From contig NC_068995.1 of assembly GCF_001194135.2 (NCBI RefSeq), forward strand, positions 6,416,056 to 6,475,285: 59,230 nt of DNA, read 5' to 3'. A program made the position numbers and the translations under genes. Shown in pieces: positions 25,403-38,594 of the stretch (position 1 is the stretch's first letter; each line of letters starts with the position of its first letter). The notes below the pieces were generated by a model. The model was given only the letters and a program-made list of their open reading frames with translations. It had not been told where the DNA came from and made no database searches. Source of the DNA: Octopus bimaculoides (taxonomy: Eukaryota).

Positions 25403-25456
<54 letters not shown>

Positions 25457-25574
25457 TGTTAATCATAATAAAAATAATAATAGTAATGATACTCAAAAAA
25501 GGAATTAAGTACTTCCAATGATTACTAATTGTTAATTCTATTGTAGTATTCATTATTATTATTATTATTATTAA

Positions 25575-25643
<69 letters not shown>

Positions 25644-25646
25644 CAT
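25280..25646. repeat. Compound (ATT)n / (AAT)n / (ATT)n microsatellite
   Basis: Direct reading; successive arrays are in opposite orientations. Confidence 0.95.
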
Positions 25647-25767
25647 AGGTCGTTACTATTATTCAGGGAAATGTGCGTATGCGTATGTATATATGTATAT
25701 ACATTATATACAGGCACGCGCTTACACACACTCGTGTAAATATATACACACATACAAACATACATTC

Positions 25768-25813
<46 letters not shown>

Positions 25814-26282
25814 NNNNNNNNNNNNNNNNNNNNNNNNNNNNNNNNNNNNNNNNNNNNNNNNNNNNNNNNNNNNNNNNNNNNNNNNNNNNNNNNNNNNNNN
25901 NNNNNNNNNNNNNNNNNNNNNNNNNNNNNNNNNNNNNNNNNNNNNNNNNNNNNNNNNNNNNNNNNNNNNNNNNNNNNNNNNNNNNNNNNNNNNNNNNNNN
26001 NNNNNNNNNNNNNNNNNNNNNNNNNNNNNNNNNNNNNNNNNNNNNNNNNNNNNNNNNNNNNNNNNNNNNNNNNNNNNNNNNNNNNNNNNNNNNNNNNNNN
26101 NNNNNNNNNNNNNNNNNNNNNNNNNNNNNNNNNNNNNNNNNNNNNNNNNNNNNNNNNNNNNNNNNNNNNNNNNNNNNNNNNNNNNNNNNNNNNNNNNNNN
26201 NNNNNNNNNNNNNNNNNNNNNNNNNNNNNNNNNNNNNNNNNNNNNNNNNNNNNNNNNNNNNNNNNNNNNNNNNNNNNNNNNN

Positions 26283-26363
<81 letters not shown>

Positions 26364-26526
26364 TTGTATATATATTATATAATACCTGATTATGTAAAAT
26401 GAAACGCTACCCGACCATGCCATTTCTAACGATTTATATTTGTATTTAGGAATTTATTCTCAAGTCTTCCTACGTATTCCTTAAATTAAACAGTTCTTTT
26501 GTTTTTGTCCCGACTTTTATTTTTCC

Positions 26527-26604
26527 TTCATCATCATCATCACCATCATCATCATCTCCATCATCACCATCATCACTATCATCATCACCACCATCATCAC
26601 CATT

Positions 26605-26650
<46 letters not shown>

Positions 26651-26696
26651 CCATCATCATCTGCGCCATTGCTATCTCCTTCATATACGTCCACCG

Positions 26697-26729
<33 letters not shown>

Positions 26730-26899
26730 TTCCCACTGCACCTGTCTCTTTATTCATTTCCTCTTTTATCTTCTCCATCTCTTCATTTCCATTCTGTTTC
26801 GTACTCTCCTTATTAGTTTTTCTCCTTATTCCTTTATCTTCATGTATCCTTCATCGACTCGCTTTTTCTCTTTATCTTTCCACTTCTCTATGTCTCTTT

Positions 26900-26945
<46 letters not shown>

Positions 26946-27112
26946 TCTTCTTCTTCTTCTCCCTCAATCTCTTTTTCTCCTATTCCATCAATTTATTGTT
27001 TTCACAACTCACCTTGCACCTTTCCTCATCACTTTTTTTTTGTTTTCTCCGTTTCTTTATCTTTTTTACGTCTTTATTTTTAACTTCCTCAGCATTTTTT
27101 ATCGCCCACCTT

Positions 27113-27160
<48 letters not shown>

Positions 27161-28924
27161 TTTATCATTATCATCATCATCATCATCATCGTCATTGTCG
27201 TTGGCATCGTCAACGTCAGTGCCGTAGACGTTGTGGTCGTTGTCGTCTTAGTCATCATTGACATCAGCAGCGACATCATCATCATCGTCACCATCATCAT
27301 CGTCGTCGTCATCGTCATCATCATCATTGTCATCATCATCATCATCATCATTCCGTTGGCAGAATAGTAAAAGCATGATACAGAAAGATTAGAGCCTTGC
27401 GTTATATTAGCAGAGACATTTTTACACTATTATTTCGAATTTTACCAAATTATTCATCTTCACAGGGTCTATAGAATAAATGGACCATCGTTGGACGCAT
27501 TGGGTCTGTCTACGTTACCATCCTCCAAAATTGCATTATTTCCTCTGTAAGAAATCATTTTTAGCAGTAATAATACAATTTTATATTCTCAACTTATATG
27601 AGTGATGCGAGAGATTTGCCATTCAGTAAGTTAGTTGCAGAGTGAGTGAAAATGGTGGGTGTTAAATAAATCGACACATATTATGTCCCTTCATGATGGT
27701 AAATACAGAGCAGAGGCAGCACTGATTTTCGACAGTCAGAGTTAGCCAGTCTATGCAGTACGAGGAACAGGTTCTTTAATCGACGTAAGATGGCAGTCTC
27801 TCTATAGGCGTTTGAACCCTAATTTGTATATTGTCTTCTTTATTGATTGCAGTGTAAAATTCCGTACATGTCTCTGTGACGTTTCGTCATCTATTTCCCT
27901 GGTGACAATAGTAAAAGAATATTTATTATCAGTATTATTTGCTTATATTCTTCTTTGTCTCCTTTGTCTTCTCTTTCTTCTTCTCCTCCTCTTTCATCCT
28001 ATCAATCTCTTTCTTTCTTTTCCTTCTACTCCTGCCTCTTTCTGTCCTTTTTCTTCTTCTTTTTCTCTTTCTTCTTCTTATCCCCCTCCTTATTCATTTT
28101 CTTTGAATCCTCCCTCCTTTTCTCTTCCTCCCTCCTTCATTTTCTCTTCTTTCTTCTACTTCTACATCTTGCTCTTCATCATCACCATCATCATCATCGT
28201 CTTTTTCTTTATCATCGTCTACTCCTCCTCTTCCTCCTCTCCCTCCTCTCCCCCTCCCCCTCCTCCCCTCCTCTTCCTCCTCCTTCTTCTTCTTCTTATT
28301 CTCTTCCTCTTCTTTTTCTACCTTTTGTTATTATTATTATTTTTCTTCTTTTATTTCTTGCTCTTCATCCACTTCTTAATCATGATCATCTCCACCTCCT
28401 CCTCCCTCTTCTTTTTCTCCTTTTTTCTTATTTTTCTTCTATTTCTTGCTCTTTATCATCCACTTCTTCTTCTTCATCATCATCATCTCTGCCTCCTCCT
28501 CCATCTTCTTCTTTTCCTTCTTCCTCTTCCTCTTCTTCTACTTCTCATTTTTCTTCTACTTCTATTTCTTCCTCTTCATCATCATCTTCTTCGTTTTTCT
28601 CTTCTTTTTCTACTTTTTCTTCTTCATCATCCTTCTTCTGCCACCCGTACCCCACCCCGCTCTCTTCCTCTTCCCTTTCTTCCTTTAATACCTATTTTAC
28701 GTCTTTCTTCCCTCGTTTATCATATATTTTTCCCCAGATCTTTTCTCATCTAAATATTTGTATCTTATTTTAAGCTGGTCTTTATTCACGTGACCTCATC
28801 TCTCCCCTCCCAACAACTCACTGCATTTCTACACCCATCACACACACACACACACACTCTCCCTCTCGTTTCATTTTGTCTCTCTCTCCTCTTTCTCTCT
28901 TTTTACTCCCTCTAACTTCTTTAC

Positions 28925-28961
<37 letters not shown>

Positions 28962-29405
28962 TCTTGTCCTTTCTCTCTTCTTATTATCATGATATATTCA
29001 GACCATAACTCCTTAAAACTATATATTATTTTTGCTGCTGCGTTTGTTTTCGTTCTTGTAGTTGTCGTTGCTATTGTTGTTGTTGTTGCTGTTGTTGTTG
29101 TTGTCATAGTAAACATCTTTAATGGTGCGGCTTTGTGATTATCTTCCTTTTCACATTGATAGCTGTTATCATCACCATCCTCATCCACATCATCATCATC
29201 ATCATCACCATTCTCATCCATATCATCATCATCATCATCAGCAGCAGCAGCAGAAGCAACAGCAGCGCCGTCACCGTCATTGTCATCATCATCACCATTT
29301 TCACCATCATCATCCTTTATGATCACCATGATCCTCATCATCATCCTCACCACTAACATCATAATCATCACCTTATCATCAGCATCACCACCACCATGAT
29401 CATGA
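26527..29405 (+). repeat. Extended low-complexity zone: (CAT)n, (CT)n, (CTT/CCT)n and (CAT)n cryptic trinucleotide tracts
   Basis: Direct reading; this zone explains the poly-H/I/S/L/F ORFs in the track. Confidence 0.93.
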
Positions 29406-29689
29406 CCATTTTATATTCTTTTAATTATCTCTTACGCCTTTTTTCTCGGTTTTTTTTTTCTTCTGTATAAAATCATAAATGTGACATCGTAGAATTCCTG
29501 CAAAGCCATTTTTACGATTGAATTTCTTTCCTGTTTAGAATTCTTCGCTGACGTGTTTCTCCGTCTTTTTTTTTCCTCCAAACATTTTAGAGTATTTACC
29601 TCCTGTCATATACAATGCATATGTCACAAATTTTGAAGAATATGGTACGAGTTAAATACACTGACTTCCTAAATGTTTCTTTCTAACTG

Positions 29690-29925
29690 ATTCGTCAGTT
29701 TCAACTGTCTTCAATAGATCTGGCTGGATCACAAAACTTGTCCAGCCAAGCTCATGGATGTTATTGAACCACCTTCTTCGCCGTCTACCCCTGAGCCTCA
29801 TATCATTGGTCTTGCTCGTTAAAGTTGCTCATCTCTATGTCCGTATGATCGTACTCCATGTCCTTATGATCGGATCTGTGATATCGCAGTTCGTAGAAGA
29901 AATAGTGGCTCTACGTAGGGCGCCC
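29690..29925 (-). mobile_element. RTE-clade LINE C-terminal fragment
   Basis: Minus frame from 29822 reads LTSKTNDMRLRGRRRRRWFNNIHELGWTSFVIQPDLLKTVE, matching the RPRGRPRxRWxDxIxDLxW pattern at the end of RTE-type ORFs. Confidence 0.65.
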
Positions 29926-29944
29926 CCTCATCTCCGATCTATAT

Positions 29945-30051
29945 ACCCTAACGAGTAAATTTACATCATAGACACTTCAAGTCAACACCATCTTTCGTAT
30001 GTACCCTAACAAGTAAATTTACATCATAGACACTTTGAATGAACACCATCT
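29945..30051 (+). repeat. Tandem duplication, ~57-bp period
   Basis: taccctaacgagtaaatttacatcatagacactt ... aacaccatct repeated as taccctaacaagtaaatttacatcatagacactt ... aacaccatct. Confidence 0.92.
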
Positions 30052-30852
30052 CTCTTATTTGCGATCGTATTATTTCGGTCATTACGCAATATTCGTGACC
30101 ATAGCTAAGAGGAGATTCGAACACCGAGTTCGGGTTTTACACATACCATATACACATATATATACATACATACATATATATATATATNNNNNNNNNNNNN
30201 NNNNNNNNNNNNNNNNNNNNNNNNNNNNNNNNNNNNNNNNNNNNNNNNNNNNNNNNNNNNNNNNNNNNNNNNNNNNNNNNNNNNNNNNNNNNNNNNNNNN
30301 NNNNNNNNNNNNNNNNNNNNNNNNNNNNNNNNNNNNNNNNNNNNNNNNNNNNNNNNNNNNNNNNNNNNNNNNNNNNNNNNNNNNNNNNNNNNNNNNNNNN
30401 NNNNNNATATATATATATATAAACATGCATACGTAAGTATATAAATATAGCTATTCAGATATAGATACGAATATATTGGATTTAATGTAATTATAATCTC
30501 TATAGCAACAATTCATCTCAGATATTTACATATTTAGAAATTGTTTCTTCTCTTAATTATTCTTGTAAAGTATTAGCTAATTAATTCACGTCGTACATTT
30601 CGGTTGTGTTATATAATAACAATTGTAATTGAAGAAATATTAATATATAAGAGCTACGTTGTGTAGTGTGGAATGTTAAGAGAGTTAGGTTTTAATATCT
30701 CGCACTGCGACTTCTGAAAAGGTGGAGACATCTATCGTTTCATATTTATTTGCTTATAGTCAGTCAGAGAAGGATATTGTACCAGTAAGATGTTGCTTCA
30801 ATTTATTCTACGACCTTGTAGAAACTACAACTGATCTGAATTAATTAATTAA

Positions 30853-32065
30853 TGCTGGTCAACAATCAAAATGCTTCTGAGACCAGAGTAGCAATTTCCA
30901 ACTAATTTCAGGTCGCTGATAAAGGATATCATGGTAATACTGTTTGTTAGCTCTACTTTTCAAGATACACACGTACATGTTGCAACAGATTCCAACAGGC
31001 TTGCTGCAGTATGTTTCTTAGCACACTCAGAGTCCCACTGCGCTTCAGTAATGTTCCAGTAGTCATAGGAGGGTGTGTTGTGCTGTGCACGTTTATATAC
31101 TGAGGTGAAAGAGAAGTGATTTTCCTAGTCAAACACTTTTTAAACTTATTATAAATATCCATTGAGCAAGCTATTGATATGCATGTGAGGCATTTTATAT
31201 TAATTTTATTTTTTCTACTGAATGATATAAACGCATCTTCTAAGCTGTCATGCACTGTATGATAATGATAAATCTATGAATAAATGTTTTGTTTAGGATC
31301 TAATTGTTTGCTGTTTACTCCTTTCAGATGCCTCGTACTTCTGTGAATAAGGTATGCAGCTTCTGCTACATTTGTGGTAGGGTGACCTTTGCATCACAGA
31401 AGCGTCGTATAACTGCTATGGTTATAAAGGCATATTACCGATATTTTGGATGCAAGATTGGTGACAAGGATAACAACTGGGCTCCTCACATAAACTGCAA
31501 CACTTGTGCAACTAGACATCGTCAATGGAAGAAGAAAGGAATGTCTTTTGTTGAGCCAATAACGTGACGGGAACTAACAGACCATACCAACAATTGTTAT
31601 TTCTACATGGTGCCTCCAGTAAAAAAAGGGCTTGTCAAATAAGAAGAAAAATGAGTCCATTGAATAGCCAAACATTCCATTAGTTACTCGGCCATTTCGA
31701 ACCGTGAGGTAGTTAGTGACGAATATGATCAAGGGTTTCACCAAGATATTTCAACCATGGACAAGCGATACCAGGGCAGATGGATCGAAATGATGCTTGC
31801 CTGGACATTGGCACGAAATTATTCCTCAGCCCTTAATAAGCCTCAAGCAAAAACGCAGAGAGTCGGTACGGACTACAGCTTTAAACATAATCACACACAT
31901 CGAACGTTGTAATAAAATAATCAAATATTACATGTCGTGTATCTTTAAGCCTATAGCTAATAAACATTTTTCGAGGGGATATTTGGATTCAGAACATGAA
32001 AATACACGAGGATTAACTAATCTCATTTAAGAAGCACACGACTTTTCAAAATTTGTTGACCAGTT
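30853..32065 (+). mobile_element. Internally deleted Chapaev3-type (CMC superfamily) DNA transposon
   Basis: TIR core CTGGTCAACAA (30855-30865) and TTGTTGACCAG (32053-32063); TAA on both flanks (30850-30852, 32066-32068); transposase N- and C-terminal remnants inside. Confidence 0.85.
31328..31870 (+). pseudogene. Disrupted transposase remnant (zinc-finger N-terminus and extreme C-terminus)
   Basis: MPRTSVNKVCSFCYICG...IGDKDNNWAPHINCNTC...PIT*RELTDHTNNCYF, then VSDEYDQGFHQDISTMDKRYQGRW. These resemble the CYICG, GDQDKxWAPH, WREPxxHxxDCYFC and SDEHGERFHQDIxxMEKRYQG motifs. There is a TGA in place of the conserved W and a large internal deletion. Confidence 0.85.
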
Positions 32066-32139
32066 TAATCAGCAACATTAAAACTTCTTCGAATTTATCA
32101 TCACCGTCGTCAATATCGCCGCCATCGTCACAAGTACAG

Positions 32140-32208
32140 CCAGAAATACAAACACCGCTACCACAACCCTCATCGTCGTCATCCTCATCATCATCATCAT
32201 CATCATCA

Positions 32209-32241
<33 letters not shown>

Positions 32242-32249
32242 TCATCATT

Positions 32250-32285
<36 letters not shown>

Positions 32286-32560
32286 GTCGTATTCGTCGTC
32301 GTCATCATCATCATCATCATCGTCATCGTCATCGTTGTCATCATCATCATAATCATTATCATCAAATTTATCGTCATCGACATTACCGTCATTATCACCA
32401 TCAATCTCATCTCTTCCAAGACCACCGCAACCATCCATCATTATCACCTCCATCATCATCATCATCATCATCATATTCATCAGCATCATCATATTCATCA
32501 TCAATAACACCATCACCACCCCCAACCACCACCGACTACACCAACATCATCATCACTACC
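32140..32560 (+). repeat. (CAT)/(CGT)n compound trinucleotide tract
   Basis: Direct reading of the sequence. Confidence 0.95.
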
Positions 32561-32668
32561 ACTCTCACTATTGCCACCGGCACATCATAAACATCACCGC
32601 CTCCCATCATCATCTCCCTCATTCCTTTCTTCTAAAAGTCTCTACTACGTCAGAAACATATACATATA

Positions 32669-32751
<83 letters not shown>

Positions 32752-33059
32752 CTCACCTCCCCTTTTTCCTTGCAGCCTCCTCCACCCATTCAAACACACA
32801 CACAGCTTCCTATGTTTACTCATAACAAACACATCATAATTTTTAAATTGACTTTTATGAGGGGAGATCTGAAAATCTAATATAAATAGAAATACTCTAA
32901 CATGAAATTCACACCGTTCCGAGCAAGCGCGCAGTCACACACATAAACTCACACATATAAACATATAAATACACGAATAATAGGTATTCGTATTTATATT
33001 TCTACCTAAGCGACTATATCTATATGTGTACGTCCATACATATATACACATGTATACGC

Positions 33060-33107
<48 letters not shown>

Positions 33108-33139
33108 ATGTACATATATTTATATATATATTATATATC

Positions 33140-33175
<36 letters not shown>

Positions 33176-33186
33176 TATATATACAT

Positions 33187-33249
<63 letters not shown>

Positions 33250-33744
33250 AAAATATATATATATATGCATACACACTCATCTCTCTCTCTCCCTATATAT
33301 ATATATATATATATATATAAGTAGATATATGTATATGTGTGTACGCGCATACGTATACATGCGTGTGTGTTTACGTGTGTGTGTGTTGTAAGCTGTATTT
33401 AAGCAGTGTGTGCATGCGCAACCATTTTGGATTATACAACGTTTAGGTGAAGAAAACATAAATGTCAGCTTTGGTAGGAAAACATTGTATATATTTCGTT
33501 TGATGTATCACATATTTGTCTTCGTTTAATGCTTCAAATATACCGTTATGGTTTGCTAGGAAAGAATACAGACAGCAGCCAACAGGATGGAGAGTGATTC
33601 ATTACCATGTTGTTAAGTCTTCTTACTGATACATTCTCACTGGTTTGCATTAGCTGTGAAAAAAAAAACGAATTCTTAGTATCAATATTTAGACATTTAT
33701 TTATGCATGCATATATACAAGCATATACGTATATTACGCGTATA

Positions 33745-33788
<44 letters not shown>

Positions 33789-33939
33789 TTTGTTTTATTT
33801 TGGTCGTCAGTCTCTCGCCACGCTGAGTTATGTCTGCGGGTGTATAAGGTCTTCGTCAGGTAAGCTGCAACTTGCTTGAAAACCCTATGCAATTAACAGG
33901 CGCAACTCAAAAGAGATAGTGATTGATTCGACAAATATA

Positions 33940-34208
33940 AAATATTCTTTTCTACCCTTGGCACAAGACTCGAAATTTTGGGGTAGGGGGCCAGTCAACT
34001 GGTACTTAATTTATCGACCTCGAAAGGATGGAAAGCAAAGTGGACCTCGGCGGAATTTTAACTCAGAACGTAAAGACAGACGAAATACCGCTCAGCATTT
34101 CGCCCGGCGTGTTAACGTTTCTGCCAGCTCGCCGCCTTGACAAATATGGAATATTCTTTTCTACTCTAGGCACAAGGCCCAAATTTTGGGGGTAAGGGGC
34201 CAGTCAAT

Positions 34209-34257
<49 letters not shown>
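33940..34257 (-). mobile_element. SINE family A copy (33940-34138) plus a second 3' end (34150-34212) running into (GATA)n
   Basis: Full head tctgccagctcgccgcctt at 34120-34138; the tail atattcttttctac...ggcacaag...aaattttgggg occurs twice. Confidence 0.92.
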
Positions 34258-34258
<1 letters not shown>

Positions 34259-34788
34259 TGAGTAAAGAACTGATATGGTAGAAGCTATATATAGAATTTA
34301 ATAGCAGTTTAACTTAGCTTCTTGCAAGTTTGTCAAACTAAGCAGCTTGACGAGATAGGTTCGCTGGACGGAGCCCCCGAAAACTTACGTTGCTTGAAGC
34401 CGAATCAAACTTTTAAAATTATATGTATGTATGTGTGTGTATGTATGTTTGTGTATGTGTGTATGTGTGTATGTGTGTATGTGTGTTTGTGTGAGTATGA
34501 TCATGTAGCAGATGAAGATTACTATATTTCCATGGTAAACAGTCCATTCTGAACATGGATGTTTTTCACAATTTTCATCACCACACCCGACGTGTATATT
34601 CTCTAACTCAGCTTGAAAAAGCAGGATTATTGTTTATTATGAGATGTGTGTGTGTATGTGCGTGCGTGTGTGTGTATGTGCGTGCGTGTGTGTGTATAAG
34701 TTGAAGGAGAAAAACAGGCGGATAAAGACATATATACAGTTCTATACATATGTATGCATGTATGTGTGTATGTATATATGTATGTATG

Positions 34789-34868
34789 TAGGTAGGTAGG
34801 TAGGTAGGTAGGTAGGTAGATAGGTAGGTAGGTAGGTAGGTAGATAGGTAGGTAGGTAGGTAGGTAGG
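34789..34868 (+). repeat. (GTAG)n microsatellite
   Basis: Direct reading of the sequence. Confidence 0.97.
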
Positions 34869-35052
34869 TATATGGAAGGAGAGAGGAGGGAAGAGTAGCA
34901 TAAGACAGAACGGGCTCCAGACCTACAAACTTGTGGAGCGGAACAATTTAATGATGTTTCACGATTCTTTACTTTCTAGAATTAGACGGTGACAGTCTTG
35001 TTTCAGTTATTAGAAGCCTATTGTACACACACACAAACACACACACAAGCAC

Positions 35053-35098
<46 letters not shown>

Positions 35099-35584
35099 AC
35101 GCGCACGCGCATGCACGAATATAAACAATACATAAGCACACGCCATCATATTAGCACAAACTTAAACATATCCTCCTCCTCGGATACGTGCACTCGAACA
35201 TTGGTAAAAGCAATACATACGGAAACCAAAATGCACACACACCGACAAGGAACCACATATTCACACACACGCATACATGCTTACATATGTACATACATAC
35301 GTACATACATACGTACATACATACGTACATACATACGTACGTTCTACAAAAATGTACATTACACATACACACACACACACATATGTGTATATATACTCTA
35401 TCTCCCTCTCTCTATCTCTCTTTCTCTCTATCTCTATCTATCTATCGATCGATCTATCTATCTTTCTATCTATCTACTCCTCTGTTACATACATACATGC
35501 GTGCGCACACACACACACACGCACACACACAGACAACACAGACACACATATATATAAATAAATATATACATAGGCAGACAGACA

Positions 35585-35681
<97 letters not shown>

Positions 35682-36212
35682 AGAGAGAGAGAGAGATGGA
35701 TCGATAGATATATGTATATGTATGCGTATGTATGTTTGTATAGATATGCATATATGTCCGTACACATACATACACATATACGTATGTATGTATTTGTATC
35801 TCCTTGTTCGTGTATTTACACGAACTTATATAAGCTTACGGTTTATACGTAGGTCTAGGCATGTGTATCTGTTCAAAATGAACATTTGAATAAAATACTC
35901 AATCGACTTCAAGATACAAAACAACATATATATATATATAAATAATAGGAATAAAAGTACAATAAATGCCCCCAAAAGAGGAAACTGAACGACAGGAAGA
36001 TAAGAGAAAGAAACAACGAAAGGGAGCAAGGAGGAAAGAAAGAAAGAGAAGGAGAGAAGAACGAAAGAAGATCGAAAAAGAAGGCCATTTTCAAGGCGGG
36101 AGTTGTTAAAAGTTAATTGAGCGGAGTGGCCGTTCTCAATGCAGTTTATTGTGTTAGTTAGACTGGAAAGAGAAGTGATTTCAACCATACTATCAGCATC
36201 AACATCATCATC

Positions 36213-36278
<66 letters not shown>

Positions 36279-36355
36279 GTAGCCGGTGTCTGTTTTCACA
36301 CTCACTGATGAAGTTATTTTAATTACACTCCACGTGTGTGTGTGTGTGAGTGTGT

Positions 36356-36394
<39 letters not shown>

Positions 36395-36808
36395 CGCGCA
36401 TGTGTGTGTAAGTCTGTGTGTATGATCGAGTGTAGGTGTTGGTCCTTGTGTCTATATATGGACATAAATCTAAGTGTATGCGTGGGTATGTTAGTGTTTG
36501 CAACTATGTGATATTTTACGTAGATAGATAGATAGATGGATAGATAGCATGATTTTGCCAACATTTTGCCATGTGATTTAATGACCGAATGAATGAAATC
36601 AAACGATGATTCGATGAATTTAGGAAGAAAATAAGATTTTCTTAACGAAAATAAAAAGAAAGTTAAGTAGAATAAATTAAAATTAAGAAAACAAAAGAGA
36701 AAAGAAAATGGGGAGTTAACTGATGTGAACACCACGAGGTATTAACGGTTGTTGAACAGAGATTATAATATATGCGTATGTATCTGTGGGTCTGTATTTG
36801 TACCTGTG

Positions 36809-36850
<42 letters not shown>

Positions 36851-36938
36851 CAAATATGCATACATATACATATATACATACCTATACACACATATACATA
36901 CATATGTGTATATATGTATACATGTATATACATGTAAG

Positions 36939-36973
<35 letters not shown>

Positions 36974-37272
36974 GTATGTACAGATAGAAAAATAGTTAGA
37001 TATAGATATGTACATACATATACATATGTGTATTTGAGTGTATATGCATATACATGTATATGTGTATATATGCATATATATGTATATATGTATATACACA
37101 CACATATATATACTTACACACACACACACATATATATACACACATACACACACACACACATATATATTAGCTTGTGTATGCATGTTGTTTTAAAATATGT
37201 GTATACATATATATATATATGTTATGTATGTTAAGTTAAATATATATACATGTATATGTATGTATATATGTA

Positions 37273-37311
<39 letters not shown>

Positions 37312-38167
37312 NNNNNNNNNNNNNNNNNNNNNNNNNNNNNNNNNNNNNNNNNNNNNNNNNNNNNNNNNNNNNNNNNNNNNNNNNNNNNNNNNNNNNNNNN
37401 NNNNNNNNNNNNNNNNNNNNNNNNNNNNNNNNNNNNNNNNNNNNNNNNNNNNNNNNNNNNNNNNNNNNNNNNNNNNNNNNNNNNNNNNNNNNNNNNNNNN
37501 NNNNNNNNNNNNNNNNNNNNNNNNNNNNNNNNNNNNNNNNNNNNNNNNNNNNNNNNNNNNNNNNNNNNNNNNNNNNNNNNNNNNNNNNNNNNNNNNNNNN
37601 NNNNNNNNNNNNNNNNNNNNNNNNNNNNNNNNNNNNNNNNNNNNNNNNNNNNNNNNNNNNNNNNNNNNNNNNNNNNNNNNNNNNNNNNNNNNNNNNNNNN
37701 NNNNNNNNNNNNNNNNNNNNNNNNNNNNNNNNNNNNNNNNNNNNNNNNNNNNNNNNNNNNNNNNNNNNNCCGGTTGTTTTATTCTAGAATGTTCGACCTA
37801 TAAAAGATGAAGAAATCAACAAGACGTACCAACTAAATCATCTTTCATGTTAAACAATTAGGATTAATTACATTGTTTTATTGTTTTCATTCATTTAGTT
37901 TCTCTTCTCTTTGCTTCAATTAATGTCATGTTACAGGTGATTATATCTATTAGTTTTCCTGTTGCGTTGTTATTGTTGTCGTTGTTGTTGTTGTTTTTGT
38001 TGCTGTTATTTTCGTCGCCATTCTTGCTTTCGTTGTTCTGAGTAAGAGCGTTAACGTTCTCTGGGAAAATCTAGATTTCGATGAGGATTAACTGCTCTGT
38101 TTCGGAGGACTTTCAGGATCGGTACTACTATGGACAATTTCCAGAAATCACTAGCCTAGTGTGTGTG

Positions 38168-38245
38168 AGGTACAATGGCCCAGTGGTTAGGGCAGCGAAC
38201 TCGTGGTCGTGGGATCACGGTTTCGATTCCCAGACCGGGCGTTGC
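38168..38245 (+). mobile_element. tRNA-derived SINE head, 3' truncated
   Basis: TGGCCCAGTGG (A box) and GGTTTCGATTCC (B box). Confidence 0.75.
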
Positions 38246-38256
38246 AAAGTCCAGCC

Positions 38257-38594
38257 CAAAGTCAACCTAGGCGAAATTTGAACTCGCAACTTAAAAGTGA
38301 AATAAAAATCACGCTAAGCATTTTGTCCGGCGCACAAACGGTTCTACCAGCTCGCAGCCTTCAATTAATGTATAGTAAAAGTTTCAAATTTTAGCACAGG
38401 CCCAGCAATTTGAGGAAGGAGGTTATAAATCGATTACATCGATACCAATAATCAACTTGTCCTTATTTTACCGACATCGAAAATATGAAACCACAGTCCA
38501 TCTCAGTGAAATTTGAACTCAGAATGCCAACTCAGACTAAACGCCACTGCGCACTTTGTCCGACGTACTATCGTTTCTGCTAATTCACCGCCTT
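38257..38594 (-). mobile_element. Two tandem diverged SINE family A copies
   Basis: Heads end at taccagctcgcagcctt (about 38361) and ctaattcaccgcctt (about 38594); both contain aaatttgaactc. Confidence 0.8.

Noticed and set aside
27812-28773. 313-aa and 272-aa hydrophobic ORFs that look multi-pass membrane
   Set aside because: They arise from a CTT/CCT polypyrimidine tract; overlapping frames are all open and there is no domain signature.
29945-30051. CRISPR-like repeat-spacer appearance
   Set aside because: Only two units, eukaryotic context and no cas genes; this is a simple tandem duplication.
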